Position numbers and translations under genes: made by a program. A stretch of DNA of 62,916 nt, the filler included, from Saprolegnia diclina VS20 (lineage: Eukaryota): NCBI RefSeq assembly GCF_000281045.1. It is 6 parts of 3 records of this genome, joined end to end, with 100 filler letters (N's around TTAATTAATTAA, not from the genome) between each part and the next. Parts side by side here need not be neighbours in the genome. Positions count along the whole stretch, not along the records: positions 58,674 to 61,581 come from NW_008246108.1; positions 61,682 to 62,916 come from NW_008246109.1; 4 more parts are not named here. One strand, written 5' to 3'. The notes beneath the pieces are model-generated. The model was not told the origin of the DNA, did not search any database, and saw only the letters and a program-made list of their open reading frames with translations. Below, piece after piece: positions 59,265 to 62,916 of the stretch (the stretch's first letter is position 1; every line of letters begins with the position of its first letter).

Positions 59265-60608
59265 ATGCGACCGGCACTCGCATTGTCGACGGTCGTCGCG
59301 TTCGCTCGTGCGAGCCAAAGCGACTTGGACGAATGGTTTAAGAAATTTGGTGCCGAAGCGACCACCAACAACCTGCTGCCGAGGATCCACGGCGCCAGCA
59401 CCGAAGCAACCAACAACGAGCTCTTGATTGAACGACTGAACGCGACCAAGTCGGTCATCACCCGGCTGCAAGCCGAGAACCCGAACGCAACGTTCGGGAT
59501 TGGGCCCTACGCGCTCTTGACGTCAGGCGAGTTTGCTCAGCGCCTCGGGCTGGCGGGAATACCACCGCCACCGGTGGCCGCGACGCCAACACCAACCGCG
59601 ACGCCAGCGCCACCGAGTGCGTCGGTCGACTGGACGACATCCAAGTGCCTCAATCCGGTGAAGAACCAAGGTCAGTGCGGCAGCTGCTGGACGTTTGCAG
59701 CCACAGGTGCCGCCGAGGCGGCGCACTGCATTGCGACCGGCACGCTTCTCAATCTCTCGGAGCAACAGCTCGTGAGCTGCGACACGGCCGACGGTTTTGG
59801 CTGCAATGGTGGCTGGGAAACCGGTGCCCTCGACTGGATCGCGGCCAATGGTCAATGCCTCACGGCCGACTACTCGTACACGTCGGGTGCGACGCAGTTG
59901 ACTGGAGCTTGCCAAACCATGTGCACGCCCCAGAAGCTCGCCATTGGATCGCTCGTGTATATCGCGGGTGAGAAAGCTCTCGAGACCGCGCTCGAGACGC
60001 AGCCAACGACGGTGGCCGTCTCGGCGGGCAACCCCGTGTGGCAGCACTACGTGGGCGGTCTCGTCACGGCATGCCCCGCAGCCATCTCGGACCATGCGCT
60101 TGTCGCTGTCGGGTACGGTACAACCGCGGATGGGCAGCCGTACTTCAAGCTGCGCAACTCGTGGGGCGCCAACTGGGGGGAGCAAGGCAATATCCGCCTC
60201 CTCAGAGGTGTCGGCGGCAGCGGAACGTGCAACCTCGCCGAGGCACCGTCATACCCACGTATTGTTTACCCAAAGCCACCGACAAGTGCGCCAACAACGC
60301 AAAAGCCAACAACCTTGGCACCGACGACCCTAGCCCCAACAAAGACCCCGGCCCCAACAAAGACCCCGGCCCCTACCAAGACCCCAGCCCCTACCAAGAC
60401 CCCGGCCCCTACCAAGACCCCAGCCCCTACCAAGACCCCAGCCCCTACCAAGACCCCGGCCCCTACCAAGACCCCAGCCCCCACGACACGCGAGCTGACA
60501 CCGGCTCCCACGACCCCAAAGCCCCCGGCGGTGACGAGCGGAAAACCTTGGGTCCCGTGGCCAGTCCCAACGACGCCAACGCCGCGTCCATCATCCAAAT
60601 ACATCTAG
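59265..60608 (+). CDS. Secreted papain-family (C1A) cysteine protease with Thr/Pro repeat tail
   Basis: Signal peptide, short prodomain, VKNQGQCGSCWTF, LSEQQLVSC, DHA and NSWG. Confidence 0.95.
   Translation: MRPALALSTVVAFARASQSDLDEWFKKFGAEATTNNLLPRIHGASTEATNNELLIERLNATKSVITRLQAENPNATFGIGPYALLTSGEFAQRLGLAGIPPPPVAATPTPTATPAPPSASVDWTTSKCLNPVKNQGQCGSCWTFAATGAAEAAHCIATGTLLNLSEQQLVSCDTADGFGCNGGWETGALDWIAANGQCLTADYSYTSGATQLTGACQTMCTPQKLAIGSLVYIAGEKALETALETQPTTVAVSAGNPVWQHYVGGLVTACPAAISDHALVAVGYGTTADGQPYFKLRNSWGANWGEQGNIRLLRGVGGSGTCNLAEAPSYPRIVYPKPPTSAPTTQKPTTLAPTTLAPTKTPAPTKTPAPTKTPAPTKTPAPTKTPAPTKTPAPTKTPAPTKTPAPTTRELTPAPTTPKPPAVTSGKPWVPWPVPTTPTPRPSSKYI
60333..60476 (+). repeat. 18-bp coding minisatellite x8 (APTKTP)
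   Basis: Eight GCCCC(A/T)AC(A/C)AAGACCCC(G/A) units. Confidence 0.9.
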
Positions 60609-62916
60609 GGTAGCGCAATCCCGTCGCTGACGAAGGTACCGCCGACGACTACTCCGGCGCTATTGGCAGCACACCGACAGCTCGAACCATGACACATCCC
60701 ACCGCTAAGATCTTATATATACCTTTTTGTGAACTATGTTGGGCGTTTGTGCGATTTTCAACCTCGCATGGTCCTTCCAGTGTACCGGTAGTGAGGGTTT
60801 ACGACATCCAAGTTTTCTCCCTCTAAGCTTAGACGTGTGCATGCTTGGCTAGTTTAGCAACGTCGTTGAAAAGTACGATAACCGCAACGCGTAGGACCAG
60901 CAGGTTGTTATCTCGCCTGGAGATAATTGTTGGGATGTTGGTTTTCGCTGCTCAAAGTTATGCGATGTGCTCTCTTGATCGTCAACGCTCGGCGTCTGGG
61001 GCGGAATTCGAATGCATTCCGTTGGTGCTTACGCCAACTCTTGGTCGAGAGGTCTATTTAACACTTTCTACGAGCTATGGTGTGTGGTTTTGAGGCTCCA
61101 AGCGACGTATCATTTGTAATAATGGATGGATTCCTGCGGTGCTGGTTTCACCAAGTGACATATGATTGATTATGTAGACCACATGTCGTCACATGCGTTT
61201 CAGACGCGAAGATTAGGTCGCTGATATAACTGTTATCGTTCAGTACCGATGCCTTCCCTGTCAGGTAGTTAACATGTCCAATGGGTGAAGCGCGGCCATG
61301 CACTGCTTTCAATGTCTATACGAAGAAAATGATCAGGGGTCCAAATAGGCGCATCAACTTGGGCTATGATCTCGTCTCCATGATCCACTGTTTCAACTCG
61401 ATAAGATAGTTCAAATCTGATTGCTAGCGACTATACGCCTCACCACACAGGTTCACGCGGCGATATATGGCTCGAAAAGCGTGGCCGTTGATGGGAGAGC
61501 TCATCTAATCTCGTTGCAGAGACAGTGACTGAGGGTACTCGATACCACGGCTGTACTACTGTTACCAGGCGTACCGAAGCANNNNNNNNNNNNNNNNNNN
61601 NNNNNNNNNNNNNNNNNNNNNNNNNTTAATTAATTAANNNNNNNNNNNNNNNNNNNNNNNNNNNNNNNNNNNNNNNNNNNNCGCTTGCGATTCTTACCGC
61701 AATTGTGGGCAAGACGCCGACGAGCACACGGTTTGTCGACGAGCTCGGCGTGTAGCCAGTGACGTGTCGCCCACCCTTGCGTGTCGACGCAGTGCGTAGC
61801 ATTTGGATAACTCGAAACAAAGAAGATTGGAGGGGACGCGCGAGGATGTCAACCGTTTGAGCCCCCTGCAGTTGCATATTAGTAAGCGATAATACGACAA
61901 TGTTATTCAGTGGTGTCGTCCTCTGCTTCTAACTAAAGAATCAGAGCTAACCTCGTTAAACAGGAACCTTTGACCAAGCAAGTGTCTACCTATCAATGTA
62001 CTAATCCTTAGTACAGGTGAATGTAATACAAGTCGCTGCTCGAAAGCGGACGCAAGAGACAAAAAGCCTCAGCGATCACCAGCACATCTTATTGGTCGTT
62101 CTTATTTATCTCTCTTAACTTATGACATACAAATAACAAGATAAAACGTGGCAGCGCGAAGCGATGGGTTCCATGTCAAGTGCAGTACGGGGTTGTTGTC
62201 GTCATTGAAACAAAGATCGCAGGTACGCATTGGCGTACTAGTTAGCAGCGTCGTGTTCTCTTGTGTGTCAACGCACAGAGTCGCGTGGGAGCAAGGGTCC
62301 ACCCTTGGTGTAAGCTGACGAGCTTTTGGCATATTCACTCCTGCCTTTACTCGTCAGTCATTCTTGCTGGGTCGTTGACCTGCACCAATGCTTCTCACTG
62401 TGTAATAGTATCAAGGTGGGCGTTGCTGTTTTGCATCAACACGCATAATACCAAGTAACATTCATGCGTGATTAACCAACCAAAGTGGCGCGGTCGCTTC
62501 TCGGACTTGCGCTTCACATATAATGGCGCCGACGCTGCATCTGTGCGTAGAACGTACGACCTTCGTCGCGGCCGTACCACACCACACCCGTGCCGTGCCA
62601 GTTTGACTGGCGGTCTTGGTCATCAAGCGCGCGGTCGGCCGGCGCTTTGTCCGTGGCCAAGACAAGGAAGCCAAGCGCTGCATCGAAGAGGTCCCGAGCT
62701 CGTTCATCTCCGGACTGCTGCATGGCCATCGCTCGTACAGGACAAGCTTGCCCGGCATCGGGATATCCGCGAGCTCGTTCTCTACAAAGCGTACGGCCGA
62801 GGCCCAGCTTTACATGGAAGTGTGCAGACCCGGATGCAAGACGTAGTTCATTGGGCTCGAGAATGCAGGAATGACGCCAGCTTGGCTTTTGAATCGAAAG
62901 CTGTACAGACATATTC

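Noticed and set aside
60333..60476. Repeat array as CRISPR
   Set aside because: No spacers, in-frame coding minisatellite, eukaryotic context, no cas genes.
12785..61637. Recurrent TTAATTAATTAA palindrome as a biological repeat or piggyBac TTAA site
   Set aside because: It is always embedded in N runs, so it is a synthetic six-frame-stop linker.
62514..62916. Coding-like sequence at the window end
   Set aside because: No consistent frame or recognisable motif; may be a degenerate gene remnant.
1..62916. tRNA, rRNA or snRNA genes
   Set aside because: None recognised by eye in intergenic regions; an Infernal/tRNAscan run is needed to exclude them.

Overview
Eukaryotic, GC-rich, gene-dense genomic DNA with very short (about 42-50 nt) GT-AG introns and oomycete-type gene families. 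It is most likely a Saprolegniales oomycete such as Saprolegnia (inference). The window is a draft scaffold with N gaps and five artificial TTAATTAATTAA linkers, so adjacency across those points is unproven. The first 44 kb holds mostly conserved genes: a HEI10-like RING E3, PITHD1, FCF1/UTP24, CD2BP2/LIN1, a CUE protein, TTLL12, a CRAL-TRIO protein, a THEM6-like thioesterase, an ADIP-like protein, a PX-like protein, a USP53/54-like deubiquitinase with PDZ and NZF domains directly downstream of a membrane-anchored ZnF-HECT ligase, a tandem-PH protein, two WRKY19-like Cys/His-repeat paralogs, a mucin-like membrane protein and an AGC kinase. From 44 to 55 kb is a transposon island: a long repetitive ORF, a gag zinc-knuckle fragment, an L1/Tx1-like LINE whose ORF1 has one in-frame TAG, and a 557-bp pogo-like element with TIRs and a TA target duplication 14 bp upstream of the CDIN1 start. 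After that come an S10 carboxypeptidase preceded by a dense GTAC cluster, CDIN1 and a papain-like protease with a Thr/Pro repeat tail. All calls come from reading the sequence and recalling family motifs; no searches were run, and multi-exon coordinates are approximate gene spans.
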